This document shows positions 18,583 to 28,561 of a DNA stretch of 64,000 nt, piece by piece; position 1 is the stretch's first letter, and every line of letters starts with the position of its first letter. The notes beneath the pieces were generated by a model. That model was given only the letters and a program-made list of their open reading frames with translations, had not been told where the DNA came from and made no database searches. Origin of the DNA: Planococcus sp. (in: firmicutes). Its GTDB lineage: Bacteria; Bacillota; Bacilli; Bacillales_A; Planococcaceae. The stretch is from the NCBI GenBank assembly GCA_035468565.1, contig DATISS010000181.1, forward strand, positions 8,027 through 72,026. Direction: 5' to 3'. The position numbers and the translations under genes were made by a program.

Positions 18583-18913
18583 ATTTTGTATTAACAGGTT
18601 CTACCCATTCTTGCGACCAATCCTGAATGGCATCCATGACCGGTTTTAAGGAGAATCCTTTTTCAGTTAGCTCATATTCAATCCGGACGGGCGTTTCAGG
18701 ATAAACTTTTCTTGTGACGACACCTGCTGCTTCGAGACTTTTCAGGCGCTCAGACAAAAGGCGTCCGCTTATGCCGATCACTTCAGTCAAGTGGCTGAAT
18801 CTCTGCGGGCCGTCTAATAGCCGATAAATGATCAAGCCTGTCCAGCGTTGGCTGAGAAGTGAAATTGCAGTTTCGAAACGCGGGCAAATAATAGTCGTAT
18901 CCATTGTTGTCAC
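18581..18913 (-). CDS. HxlR/DUF24 (MarR-like) redox-sensing regulator, CatR/YodB-like
   Basis: N-terminal Cys (ICPRF), RWTGLII, LSERLKSLE, YPETPVRIEYELTEKG. Confidence 0.88.
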   Translation of the reverse strand: MTTMDTTIICPRFETAISLLSQRWTGLIIYRLLDGPQRFSHLTEVIGISGRLLSERLKSLEAAGVVTRKVYPETPVRIEYELTEKGFSLKPVMDAIQDWSQEWVEPVNTK

Positions 18914-18966
18914 CCCTTTAGCTTATAATAACACAATTACCTTGTATGTTAAAGGAATTTAGTTAC

Positions 18967-18995
18967 TTGACATATTATAGTTCCTAAAATATAAT
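18967..18995 (+). promoter_or_regulatory. Sigma-A promoter of catE
   Basis: TTGACA (18967-18972), 17-bp spacer, TATAAT (18990-18995): exact consensus. Confidence 0.85.
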
Positions 18996-19015
18996 TAGTT
19001 ACATAAAGTAACTAA
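18995..19015. promoter_or_regulatory. CatR-type operator palindrome
   Basis: TTAGTTAC-ATAAA-GTAACTAA; the TTAC-N5-GTAA core is recalled as the B. subtilis CatR site; a half-site TAGTTAC abuts the -35. Confidence 0.7.
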
Positions 19016-19033
19016 GTGGGGTGGCGATATATT

Positions 19034-19885
19034 ATGTATTTTCATGAGAAACCTATAACTTATGTAGGTGAAGTCGGGTTAAAGGTTCTTGATATAAATG
19101 GAATGGTTGAATTCTACCGCGATATTATCGGTTTTGAAGTGCTCGAAAAATCCGCAGATTCAGCGGTTCTTGGAGCGGGAGGAAAAAGCTTGCTAAGGCT
19201 TGAAGGAGTGGACGGCTTACAGGGGAAAGACCAGCGCTACGCCGGACTTTACCATTTTGCTATCCTGTTGCCAAGCCGTGAAGACTTGGGGAGAATACTG
19301 ATTCATCTTCACAATAAAGGCGCGCGTTTGGGTTCTTCGGACCATTTAGTGAGCGAAGCGTTATATTTAAGCGACCCTGAAGGCAACGGTATTGAAATTT
19401 ACCGCGATCGCGAGCCTGAGGACTGGATCTGGAACGGCAGTGAAGTGGCAATGGCGGTTGACCCGATTGATGCGGATGGGCTTGTCCAGGCTGCAGAAAA
19501 CGAAGGGGCAGTTTGGCAGGGAATGCCCGGAGACTCGGTCATGGGCCACATTCACCTCCATGTAGGGGATTTGGCAAAAGCAAAAGACTTTTATGTCAAT
19601 GGCTTGGAATTTGAAGTGGTGTCATCGTTGGGCGGACAGGCGCTGTTCCTAGCTGACCACAAATACCATCATCACATCGGGCTGAATGTCTGGAATGGCA
19701 TCGGCATTCCGCCACTTCCGAAAGAAAAAGCGGGATTAGGCTATTACACATTGATGCTGGCAGACGAAGAAAAGCGGCAGCGCATTATCGAACGGCTTCG
19801 CGCGCTTGGCGCCGCAGTTGAAGAGCGCGGCGTGTATGTTAAAACAGCCGATCCATCAGGCAATATCATCCGATTGACCATATAG
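19034..19885 (+). CDS. catE: VOC family catechol 2,3-dioxygenase-like protein (CatE/YfiE)
   Basis: GLYHFAILLP, DHLVSEALYLSDPEGNGIEIY, MGHIHLHV and YHHHIGLNVW motifs. Confidence 0.88.
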   Translation: MYFHEKPITYVGEVGLKVLDINGMVEFYRDIIGFEVLEKSADSAVLGAGGKSLLRLEGVDGLQGKDQRYAGLYHFAILLPSREDLGRILIHLHNKGARLGSSDHLVSEALYLSDPEGNGIEIYRDREPEDWIWNGSEVAMAVDPIDADGLVQAAENEGAVWQGMPGDSVMGHIHLHVGDLAKAKDFYVNGLEFEVVSSLGGQALFLADHKYHHHIGLNVWNGIGIPPLPKEKAGLGYYTLMLADEEKRQRIIERLRALGAAVEERGVYVKTADPSGNIIRLTI

Positions 19886-19887
19886 GT

Positions 19888-19924
19888 AAAGGCTGGCTCT
19901 ATCAATCAGAGCCAGCCTTTTTTT
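19888..19924 (+). terminator. Terminator (probably bidirectional)
   Basis: AAAGGCTGGCTCT / AGAGCCAGCCTTT plus T run. Confidence 0.7.
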
Positions 19925-20186
19925 GCGTAAAAGCCGGATTTTCACAGCTATTGCCGTTGTTCAGCGAGAAATCGAGTTTAAGCATTTCCGGATGTTCGCC
20001 GGATGCAGTTTTCGCTGAGGGGCTGAGCGCCGGATCTGCTGTGTGGTTTTGCCGCGTTTCCATATATGCGTACATTCTCTCTTGTTTTTTCAGTTCTTCG
20101 AGAGGGTTGTCTGAGAAAGATAAAAGGATTAACCCAAATGCCCCGACGATTAAAGTGATGCCCAGAAGTGAAAGGAAGCCCTTCAT
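19902..20186 (-). CDS. Hypothetical protein with an N-terminal membrane anchor
   Basis: GGAGG RBS; hydrophobic N-terminus. Confidence 0.65.
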   Translation of the reverse strand: MKGFLSLLGITLIVGAFGLILLSFSDNPLEELKKQERMYAYMETRQNHTADPALSPSAKTASGEHPEMLKLDFSLNNGNSCENPAFTQKKAGSD

Positions 20187-20384
20187 AAAGATAACCTCCG
20201 CCTTTTTATAGTTGCTGATAGTAAGGACGCGCCATCAGCGGTGAGGTTCCCTGAAGATGCGGAAATTCCAGTTTTGGACAAAGAGTGGAGAAAATTGTCG
20301 GCTGCTGCCATTTTTAAGGTGAGTTTCTCTTCGACTAACGCTATAATCAAGGAAGGCAATTCTAATAATGAGGAGATTTGAAAA

Positions 20385-21212
20385 ATGGAATGGAAAAATA
20401 TATATCGCGGCATCTTAATGGGCATCAGTGATTTGATCCCTGGTGTCAGTGGAGGCACAATTGCATTTATTCTTGGTATCTACGACCGGTTATTGTCGTC
20501 AATCAGCGGATTTTTCAGCCGGGAATGGAAAAAGCAATTAGGTTTTCTCGTTCCTCTCGGCCTCGGTGTCGTCATAACGCTCCTGGCATTCAGCCGGGTC
20601 ATCGAATATTTGCTTCACCAGCATTACGAAGCAACCCAGTTCTTTTTCATGGGATTGATCTTGGGCGTCATCCCGTACATCATGAAACAGGCGGAAGTTA
20701 AAAAGAATTTCACCCGCCGCCACATTTTGATTTTGGTTGTGATCGGCGCTGCGCTTGCGGCTACCGCTTTCATCCAAACGAGTGATAATGTCGAACCGAT
20801 CACTAGCTTGAGCGTCCCGATATTCTTCATGCTGTTTTTCTCCGGCTGGCTTGCCAGCATGGCGATGCTGCTTCCGGGAATCAGCGGCTCATTCATCCTG
20901 CTGTTGCTCGGCGTCTACTCGACCGCCATTAATGCGCTGTCGACGCTCAACATCCCAATCGCCATGGCGATTGGCGCCGGCGTCATCGTAGGCTTTATTG
21001 TCAGCAGCAAAGCGATTCAGTATTTGCTTGAGCATTTTACGTATGTCACGTATGCCGCCATCATTGGTTTGATAGTGGGGTCGTTGTTTGTTGTGTTCCC
21101 TGGTTTTTCAGCAGACCCTGCCACTCTTGCGCTAAGCGCCGCCACTTTTGCGGCCGGCTTGGTCTTCACGCTGCTGTTCAGTTCGCCTAAAAAAACCACA
21201 ATTACAGAGTAA
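20385..21212 (+). CDS. DUF368 family membrane protein (undecaprenyl-phosphate translocase family)
   Basis: Paired motifs SDLIPGVSGGTIAFILGIYDRL and AMLLPGISGSFILLLLG. Confidence 0.9.
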   Translation: MEWKNIYRGILMGISDLIPGVSGGTIAFILGIYDRLLSSISGFFSREWKKQLGFLVPLGLGVVITLLAFSRVIEYLLHQHYEATQFFFMGLILGVIPYIMKQAEVKKNFTRRHILILVVIGAALAATAFIQTSDNVEPITSLSVPIFFMLFFSGWLASMAMLLPGISGSFILLLLGVYSTAINALSTLNIPIAMAIGAGVIVGFIVSSKAIQYLLEHFTYVTYAAIIGLIVGSLFVVFPGFSADPATLALSAATFAAGLVFTLLFSSPKKTTITE

Positions 21213-21345
21213 TGAATTGCTGATGCAGTCCTTGGAAAATCCTTTTGCCGATAACGTAAAAGGGTTTTTCTGTATCGATAAAAGGCTTTATGCTTTCTGG
21301 GAAAGACGTTTCCATTTAAACTAAAGAAAGAGGGGGGGGATATGC

Positions 21346-22473
21346 TTGCGGAAATTATTCTGGCTGCTGATTCTGCTGTTGCTTATTTTTATGGCACGGC
21401 CAATTTGGGAAGACAAAGCAAGTGAATATGTGGACCTTGGCTTTTTGGCGACAATCGACAGGGCGGTGGATCAGGTCACGAAGGATCCGGCGATTGAAGA
21501 CGCGATAACCCAAGCCAAACAATTCACGCTCCAAGTAGGGGGCCAGCTGCAGTCGTTTGTCGCAAGCAGTTCCGCGGAAATGCCCGAAGCGGTTTCCAAA
21601 CCGGCTCTTGATGAAACACAATCGCTATTTGCGGTCCATAACGTTACGCTTGGCATGACGAAAGAAGAAGCGCAAGCGAAAGTGGGGCTGCCGCTCCGGT
21701 TGATGCGCAACGAATATGGCACCGATTGGCATAGCTATCACCAGGATTACCAAAACTATGTATTGCTGTCATATGACCAGGAAGGCAAAGTTAACGGCAT
21801 GTTCACCAATCAGGCGCTGATTTCTTCGACAAAGGGAATCACGATGCAGTCGAAAAGGGCTGAAGTTCGATCAGCGCTCGGCACTCCACTTAAAAGCCTG
21901 CAAAAAGGGAATGTCCAGTACATCCTTGATACACGCGAAGAGTACGATGTTTTTAAAATCGACTCGATCTACATTACCGTATTCTACGATATTCATGAAG
22001 ACGACACAGTGACGGCTATCCAAGTGATCGACGGCGGACTAGAAGAAAACCGTCCACGGATTTATGCGGAGCCGGACGATGAAGTGCGCGAAGGATATGA
22101 ATACTTGTTATTTGAATTGACGAACTCAGCGCGCATCCAGCGGGAGCTGCCTCTCTTGAAATGGGATGAGGCGACGAAGGAAACCGCGCGCAAACACAGT
22201 GAAGACATGGCTGACAATAAATACTTCAGCCATACGAATTTGGATGGGAAATCGCCGTTCGACCGCATGGGCGATGATGGTATCACGTTTTTTGTAGCTG
22301 GTGAGAATTTAGCGTATGGTCAGTACAGTAGCATCTTTGCTCACGAAGGCCTGATGAATTCGCTGGGCCACCGGGAAAATATCGTCAAACGGGATTTCGG
22401 CTATCTTGGAGTTGGAGCAGCATTCAACTCAGATGATCAGCCATATTTCACAGCCAACTTCTTCAATAGATGA
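21346..22473 (+). CDS. CAP (SCP) domain secreted/membrane protein (YlbC-like)
   Basis: N-terminal TM; C-terminal CAP motifs HSEDMA..YFSH, GENLAYG, MNSLGHRENI. Confidence 0.88.
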   Translation: MRKLFWLLILLLLIFMARPIWEDKASEYVDLGFLATIDRAVDQVTKDPAIEDAITQAKQFTLQVGGQLQSFVASSSAEMPEAVSKPALDETQSLFAVHNVTLGMTKEEAQAKVGLPLRLMRNEYGTDWHSYHQDYQNYVLLSYDQEGKVNGMFTNQALISSTKGITMQSKRAEVRSALGTPLKSLQKGNVQYILDTREEYDVFKIDSIYITVFYDIHEDDTVTAIQVIDGGLEENRPRIYAEPDDEVREGYEYLLFELTNSARIQRELPLLKWDEATKETARKHSEDMADNKYFSHTNLDGKSPFDRMGDDGITFFVAGENLAYGQYSSIFAHEGLMNSLGHRENIVKRDFGYLGVGAAFNSDDQPYFTANFFNR

Positions 22474-22510
22474 AAAAAGCACGGCCATCATTCAGGATGG
22501 CCGTGCTTTT
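22474..22510. terminator. Bidirectional terminator
   Basis: AAAAGCACGGCCATC / GATGGCCGTGCTTTT. Confidence 0.75.
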
Positions 22511-22556
22511 AGTTTGTTGAGAAATTTTAAGCGGCGTTTCGCTTCAACGTACTTTC

Positions 22557-22634
22557 CTATCTTGAAGCTAGCGTAGCAATGCAGAGATAGGCGCAAGCCC
22601 GCAGGAAAGCTGGGCTGTTTTGCGGAATATCATC
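22557..22634 (-). repeat. Partial copy of the dispersed GATATTCCGCAAAACAGC repeat family
   Basis: 21 bp (22614-22634) match the reverse complement of 36049-36069 exactly; followed by GCTTTCCTGCGGG-type sequence. Confidence 0.65.
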
Positions 22635-22664
22635 TTTGCATTTGACTGCAATTTAGTTTTTTGA

Positions 22665-23495
22665 TCAGTTCAATACAAGCCATGCCAGGATGACGAGCGG
22701 CCCCACGATGAAGCAGTAGAGGGCAAAATACTTCAATTGCCCTTTGGCCATGATATTCATGAACCACTTCAAAGAAAAATAAGAAGCGACAAGCGATCCT
22801 AAAAACGCCATTATGTATGGTACGGCCATCTGGCTGAGATTTGAATCGTTGACAATGTCACTGATGCTAAGGACAGCTCCGCCGAGGCTGATCGGGATGA
22901 ACAGCAAAAATGAGAAGCGCAATGCGGTTTCCTGGTTGATGCCACGGGCCATGGCCGCAACGATGGTCGCGCCGCTGCGGCTAATGCCGGGAATCAGCGC
23001 AACAGCCTGTGCACCGCCGATGATCAAAGCGTCTTTCACGGACAAGCTTCCATCTTTTCGCTGGCCCCGCATATTGCGGATCAGCCAGAGCCCGACTCCG
23101 GTGATGACCAAGGTTACGCCGACCGTCACAACGGTTGACAGCAATTCGTCGATAGCGTCCTGGAACAGCAATCCGATGATAGCTGCTGGAATGGTCGCGA
23201 TGACCAGATAAAGGAGGAACATGAAATCTCTCTTGTTTTCCTCATTCTTGACGGTAAGATACATAAAGCCGTTGATGACCAAACGGTGGATATCAGTGCG
23301 GTAAATGATCAGCACAGCGATGAGCGATGCGCTGTTGACAAGCAATGCGAATGTAGACGTGCTGCCTTCGATTTCGACGTCTAAAAAATATTGTGCAATG
23401 AGCAAATGCCCGCTGGAGGAAATCGGGATAGGTTCCGTCAGTCCTTGAAATAAACCCAACAGCAGAAATTTGATTGTCAGCCATAATTGATCCAT
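22665..23495 (-). CDS. uppP: Undecaprenyl-diphosphate phosphatase (BacA)
   Basis: [15 protein letters not shown] and [13 protein letters not shown] motifs; AGGAGG RBS before ATG 23495. Confidence 0.93.
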   Translation of the reverse strand: MDQLWLTIKFLLLGLFQGLTEPIPISSSGHLLIAQYFLDVEIEGSTSTFALLVNSASLIAVLIIYRTDIHRLVINGFMYLTVKNEENKRDFMFLLYLVIATIPAAIIGLLFQDAIDELLSTVVTVGVTLVITGVGLWLIRNMRGQRKDGSLSVKDALIIGGAQAVALIPGISRSGATIVAAMARGINQETALRFSFLLFIPISLGGAVLSISDIVNDSNLSQMAVPYIMAFLGSLVASYFSLKWFMNIMAKGQLKYFALYCFIVGPLVILAWLVLN

Positions 23496-23633
23496 CGAAT
23501 ACCTCCTTTTTTGTGGCGAATTTGGAGCCAATTATTATAGACGTCTATCATACAGAAAAGTTCACTGGCTAAAAAAGGCTGTATTTTGTGATATATTGGG
23601 TATACTCAAATGTAGGAAAGGGAGTGAGATTTT

Positions 23634-24713
23634 TTGACTAGTAAACTTTGGTTTCAAGTAGGAATTGGAATTATCCTTGCTTTAGTCATTATTCGATTAT
23701 TCATAGAAGTCCAAGACATATTTGATCCATTATTCATCATCGCACAAACTATTTTTATACCATTGCTACTGGGAGGCGTGCTGTTTTACCTGAGCCGCCC
23801 GCTTCTCCGCTTATTTGAGAAAAAGAAATTGCCTCGCTGGTCGGGGGTTCTGACCATTCTTTTGCTGATTGTCCTGGTGTTCTATCTGCTTTATGCAATG
23901 GTAGGCCCGATGGTTTCCGAACAGGTCAATTCACTGGTCGATAACGCACCTGGCATTGCTGAAGACGCCGAGGAATACGGCATGTACTGGTTTAACCAGC
24001 GCGATCGCCTGCCGGATTCAATCGAGGAGCAAATCAATGGCATGCAAGGGAAGATCGGGGACTGGGCAGGCAATATAGGCTCTTGGATCCTGGCATTCTT
24101 GGGCAGTTTCATTTCAGGAGTTATCACCCTTGTGCTGGTGCCGTTCTTCTTGATCTATCTCCTGCTTGACCACGATAAATTCGCGCCGTTTATTGCCGGA
24201 TTTTTCAAAGGCGAACGCAAAACGTGGATTCGCAAAACGTTGAGCGATATGGACGCGACGCTGCAAGCCTATATCCAAGGCCAGCTGTTCGTCAGCTTCC
24301 TGGTCGGCATCATGCTGTTGATCGGTTACTTGATCATCGGTTTGGATTACGCGCTGCTGCTTGCGATCATCGGCATGGCGACAAACGTCATCCCGTTCTT
24401 GGGACCGTACATCGCTGTCATTCCGGCAATCATCATTGCACTGGTACAGGATCCGATCATGGCAGTCTATGTGGCAATTATCATGCTTGTCGCGCAGCAG
24501 ATTGAAAGCAACCTGATTACGCCGAACGTGATGGGCAGTGCCCTTGATGTCCATCCCTTGACAGTCATTACATTGATTTTGGCTGCAGGGAATATTGCCG
24601 GCTTGTGGGGAATCATTCTGGCGATTCCGGTTTATGCCGTTCTGAAAACCGTCGTCAAGAATATCTACGCGCGCCGCAAGGATATTAGGGAAACTGCTAC
24701 GAAAGAAGTGTAA
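23634..24713 (+). CDS. AI-2E family transporter (second copy)
   Basis: IPFLGPYIA, QQIESNLITP and DVHPLTVI motifs. Confidence 0.9.
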   Translation: MTSKLWFQVGIGIILALVIIRLFIEVQDIFDPLFIIAQTIFIPLLLGGVLFYLSRPLLRLFEKKKLPRWSGVLTILLLIVLVFYLLYAMVGPMVSEQVNSLVDNAPGIAEDAEEYGMYWFNQRDRLPDSIEEQINGMQGKIGDWAGNIGSWILAFLGSFISGVITLVLVPFFLIYLLLDHDKFAPFIAGFFKGERKTWIRKTLSDMDATLQAYIQGQLFVSFLVGIMLLIGYLIIGLDYALLLAIIGMATNVIPFLGPYIAVIPAIIIALVQDPIMAVYVAIIMLVAQQIESNLITPNVMGSALDVHPLTVITLILAAGNIAGLWGIILAIPVYAVLKTVVKNIYARRKDIRETATKEV

Positions 24714-24772
24714 CACCGAGGGGTTCAAATAGTACAGATTTTAATAGAATAAGAGGAGAATCTTTTTCTTCC

Positions 24773-24804
24773 AGGCCGCCGATAACCTCTCGGCGGCCTT
24801 TTTT
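24773..24804 (+). terminator. Rho-independent terminator
   Basis: AGGCCGCCG / CGGCGGCCT plus T run. Confidence 0.7.
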
Positions 24805-24875
24805 CTGTTTGTTTTTGGGTGAAAAAAGATTAGGCTCATTAGCTCTGATTTTATTGTCGGCTTCTCCCTTTTGGC

Positions 24876-24928
24876 TTGACGTAAAATAGTTTACCCCCTA
24901 AACTATTATTTAGTTGAGGGGGTAAACT
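24876..24928 (+). promoter_or_regulatory. Sigma-A promoter with inverted 17-bp operator pair (putative MarR autoregulation)
   Basis: TTGACG-17-TAAACT; AGTTTACCCCCTAAACT (24888-24904) and AGTTGAGGGGGTAAACT (24912-24928) are reverse complements at 16/17 positions. Confidence 0.7.
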
Positions 24929-24931
24929 GTT

Positions 24932-25375
24932 ATGGATGCAAGAATCAAAGAAGCGGTGGATTTATTCACAGAAGTGATGGTTTATGGTACGGAACGTGTC
25001 CTCAAGTCGATCGACGACCCGTTGTGGAAAGAGTATTCGCCCGAACAGATGCAAATGCTCAAACTGATCGACAGAGAGCAGCGCATCACATCAGGCAGGC
25101 TGGCGGTCCTTCAGGCAGTACATAAAAGCGCCATCTCGAGCCGCATCAAAAAACTGCTGGAAAAGGGATTGGTCCAAGTTGTCGAGACGCCGAACCGCAG
25201 GGAAAAGGTGCTCGAGCTTACCCCGAAAGGCGAAGAGGTGCTAGCGGCATCGGATACTGTGTTGACGAACTACATTGAGAAATTATTCGGCCAGCAAATT
25301 GGTGACGAAGAAATAGACCAGTTCCTAGCGACGTTCCGCAAGCTGAAAGATATTATCAAAACGGATGGAGTGTAA
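24932..25375 (+). CDS. MarR family transcriptional regulator
   Basis: wHTH VHKSAISSRIKKLLEKGLV..NRREKVLELTPKG. Confidence 0.88.
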   Translation: MDARIKEAVDLFTEVMVYGTERVLKSIDDPLWKEYSPEQMQMLKLIDREQRITSGRLAVLQAVHKSAISSRIKKLLEKGLVQVVETPNRREKVLELTPKGEEVLAASDTVLTNYIEKLFGQQIGDEEIDQFLATFRKLKDIIKTDGV

Positions 25376-25378
25376 AGG

Positions 25379-28006
25379 ATGCATACAATATTGAAATTGA
25401 AATGGCCGATTACGATTGGGCTGATTGTCTTGACGGTGGCGTTGTTCCTGCTGGCACCGAATTTAACGGAACAGGCCGAACAAGCGGGATCGTTCCAGCT
25501 TTCTGACCAGGCCTCTTCCCAGCAAGCGGCAACGATTTTAGCGGAAGCGGGCGCTTCAGCCCAGACGATTTCCCTGGTCATGCCGCTTGAAAACGAATTG
25601 GATGATTCCATGCGTGAAACACTATCGTCCATGGCTGTGGATATCGAAGCGCTTGGGAATCCTGTGACAGGCGTGCTGAATCCGGTTGAAAGTACAGAAC
25701 TCGAAGAGCAATTGGTATCGGAAGACGGCTTGACCGTTCTGATGCCGGTAACTGTCGACGGCACGGATGAAGAAGTCAATGCAGTCGCAGGTGATATCCG
25801 TGAATCGATTGTTCCGGAAGGCATGACCGCTTATGTTACCGGTGAAGCCATTATCAATAATGACGTGAACATCAGTGCGCAGGAAGGCTTGAAGCGCACG
25901 GAAATCATCACGGTTGTATTGATTTTCGGCCTCTTACTGGCGGTTTTCCGCTCAATCGTCACACCGTTCATCCCGCTCGTGGCAGTCGGCATCTCTTATC
26001 TGCTGAGCCAATCGATCGTGGCGTTCTTCATTGACTGGTTCGGGTTTCCGGTGTCGAATTACACACAGATCTTCTTGGTGGCAATCCTTTTCGGAATCGG
26101 GACGGATTATTGCATCCTCTTACTGAGCCGCTACAAAGAGGAATTATCGGCGGGGCATAGTGTGGAAACATCGATCGTCAACACCTATAAAACTGCCGGC
26201 CGCACATTGCTGATCAGCGGAGCAGCCGTATTTATCGGGTTCTTTGCCATTGGCTTTGCGGAATTTCCGATTTTCAAATCCGCTGTTGCGGTAGCGGTCG
26301 GAATTTTCGTACTGCTCATTGTGCTGTTCACGGTCGTGCCATTTTTCATGGCATTGCTCAAGCATAAATTGTTCTGGCCCGCAAAAAAATCAGCTTCGCA
26401 TAAAGATAGCAAATTATGGATTTGGATGGGCAAATTGTCGATCAACCGCCCCTTGTTGTCCATGCTTGTCGTAGCGGCTATTACGGTGCCGCTATTGTTC
26501 ACATACGACAATGCGTTGTCATTCAACACAGTCGATGAAATCGGTTCGGAGTATGAATCGGTCAAGGGCTTGCGTGCCATTGAAGAAGGCTTTGGAAAAG
26601 GGGACTCCTTGCCGGTCGAAGTGATTATCGAATCAGATGAAAACTTGGCTGACGAAGCGATTGTGCCGTATTTCGAGTCGCTGAGTTCGGAAATAGAGAA
26701 AATTGAAGGCGTTGAAGCGGTCCGGGGAATTACGCGCCCGACCGGTGAAGTTATTGAAAATTTATACGCCGATCAACAAATTGGATTGCTGGCAGACGGC
26801 CTTGCAGAAGCGCGGGACGGCTTGGGCGATGTGCAGTCAGGGTTGGCTGACATCGAAACCAATCTGTCCGGCATCAGTACGCAAGCAGGAGACGGCAGCG
26901 GTTTAAGTGAAGCCGCAGCAGGGCTCGACCAATTGAACACTCAGCTTGGCCAAGTTTCACAAGGCCTGCAGCAGACAGGCAATATTCCGCAGACCGTCGG
27001 GGCATTGACGCAAATCAGCGGCGGGCTCGCGCAAGTTCAGCAGGGTCTGTCAGATGCAGCCGGCCAAACAGGCCAGCTCGGCTCAGGCTTGGCGCAACTT
27101 GCGGATGGCGTCGGTGCTTCGAATGCGGGCTTGCTGGAAATCCAGGACGGCCTCACAGAAGCTGTCAGCATGATGGAGGACATGAGTGAAAGTGAATCCG
27201 TCCGCGACACGGGGCTCTTTATCCCGGAAGGCACCTTGGAGGACCCTGAATTTGCGCAAGTCCTCGACCGTTACACATTTGCGGATGGCAATGGCGTTAA
27301 AATGGAAGTCATCTTGGCTGACGATCCGTATTCGCCGGAAGCCATTGAAACAACTTCTGAAATCAAAGACGCTGTTGAACGCAGTGTCGTTGGTACACCA
27401 CTGGAACAAGCGGACATCGCTTACGGCGGTATCGCAAGTATCAACAGCGATTTGCAGGACGTATCGTCGAGCGACTTCAGCAAGACCGTGCTCATTATGC
27501 TCGTCAGCCTGTTCGTCGTACTGGCGTTGATGTTCCGTTCGCTGATCATGCCGCTTTACATGATCGGTTCATTGCTTTTGACGTATTATACGTCGATTGC
27601 GATTGCCGAACTGATCTTCGTCAACGCCCTTGGCTTTGACGGCATCAGTTGGGCTGTGCCATTCTTCGGTTTCGTCATGTTGGTGGCGCTTGGCGTCGAC
27701 TATTCCATCTTCCTGCTTGACCGCTTCCGCGAAGAGTCGGAAAATGGCATCAGCGTTCGGGAGGCTATGCAGATTTCCATGGCGAAAATGGGGACCGTCA
27801 TCATCACGGCAGCCATCATACTTGCCGGCACTTTCGGCGCTATGATGCCGTCAGGTGTACTGAGCCTTGTCCAGATTGCGACCATCGTCATCACAGGATT
27901 GCTTTTATACGGTTTGATTGTGCTGCCGCTACTTATACCGGCGATTTCGGTTTCATTCGACCGCGGCGTTTGGTGGCCGTTCGGTGTGAAAAAACGCACG
28001 AAATAA
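25379..28006 (+). CDS. MMPL family transporter (YdgH-like)
   Basis: Two MMPL repeats with GIGTDY and GVDYSIF motifs and an L..G heptad-repeat insert. Confidence 0.9.
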   Translation: MHTILKLKWPITIGLIVLTVALFLLAPNLTEQAEQAGSFQLSDQASSQQAATILAEAGASAQTISLVMPLENELDDSMRETLSSMAVDIEALGNPVTGVLNPVESTELEEQLVSEDGLTVLMPVTVDGTDEEVNAVAGDIRESIVPEGMTAYVTGEAIINNDVNISAQEGLKRTEIITVVLIFGLLLAVFRSIVTPFIPLVAVGISYLLSQSIVAFFIDWFGFPVSNYTQIFLVAILFGIGTDYCILLLSRYKEELSAGHSVETSIVNTYKTAGRTLLISGAAVFIGFFAIGFAEFPIFKSAVAVAVGIFVLLIVLFTVVPFFMALLKHKLFWPAKKSASHKDSKLWIWMGKLSINRPLLSMLVVAAITVPLLFTYDNALSFNTVDEIGSEYESVKGLRAIEEGFGKGDSLPVEVIIESDENLADEAIVPYFESLSSEIEKIEGVEAVRGITRPTGEVIENLYADQQIGLLADGLAEARDGLGDVQSGLADIETNLSGISTQAGDGSGLSEAAAGLDQLNTQLGQVSQGLQQTGNIPQTVGALTQISGGLAQVQQGLSDAAGQTGQLGSGLAQLADGVGASNAGLLEIQDGLTEAVSMMEDMSESESVRDTGLFIPEGTLEDPEFAQVLDRYTFADGNGVKMEVILADDPYSPEAIETTSEIKDAVERSVVGTPLEQADIAYGGIASINSDLQDVSSSDFSKTVLIMLVSLFVVLALMFRSLIMPLYMIGSLLLTYYTSIAIAELIFVNALGFDGISWAVPFFGFVMLVALGVDYSIFLLDRFREESENGISVREAMQISMAKMGTVIITAAIILAGTFGAMMPSGVLSLVQIATIVITGLLLYGLIVLPLLIPAISVSFDRGVWWPFGVKKRTK

Positions 28007-28010
28007 GAGG

Positions 28011-28035
28011 AATGCTGCCTTCGGGCGGCATTTTT
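28011..28035 (+). terminator. Rho-independent terminator
   Basis: AATGCTGCC-TTCG-GGCGGCATT plus T run. Confidence 0.75.
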
Positions 28036-28108
28036 CTGTTTAATGGGTGAATGCGCCATGCCGTGGTATACTAAAAATATATTGACTAAATGAAACGGGG
28101 TTTCCAAC

Positions 28109-28561
28109 GTGCTTACATTTGAAGAAAAGCTGAAAATCATTGAATCGTTTCCGGACCTGACACGCAAAGACGTGTCGATGAAACGCGTGAACTTCCATTA
28201 CGAAGAAAGCCTGTACGACAAGAAAATTGTCGTCTACCATCTTCATCCGACCGGAAACGGCTTTGTTTATGTCGGCAACTTGCCACAATACGAAGCGGAC
28301 GCCAAAGGTTTCGTCAACATCCGCGATTTCTCGGAAAAAGAGCTGCACAGCATTGTCGCTGACTCAATCGATTACTTGTCTCTGGAACCGGAGCCGCCTT
28401 ACGACAAAACATGGACAAACCGGGAAAATGAAAAACTGGACCTGGTCTACGAAGAGCCGTTCTGGAATCTTTACACGGGCAAGAACCTCGAGGAAACCTT
28501 CGGCACGTTTAGTGATGCAGAAGACTACCTGCTTGACCAAGGGTTCAAAGAACCGAAATAA
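28109..28561 (+). CDS. Conserved hypothetical protein
   Basis: 150-aa ORF with GTG start; the stop overlaps the next start by 1 nt. Confidence 0.75.
   Translation: MLTFEEKLKIIESFPDLTRKDVSMKRVNFHYEESLYDKKIVVYHLHPTGNGFVYVGNLPQYEADAKGFVNIRDFSEKELHSIVADSIDYLSLEPEPPYDKTWTNRENEKLDLVYEEPFWNLYTGKNLEETFGTFSDAEDYLLDQGFKEPK

Noticed and set aside
26770-27180. Repetitive L..G heptads in the MMPL gene
   Set aside because: Known coiled-coil insert of YdgH-like MMPL proteins, not a separate element.
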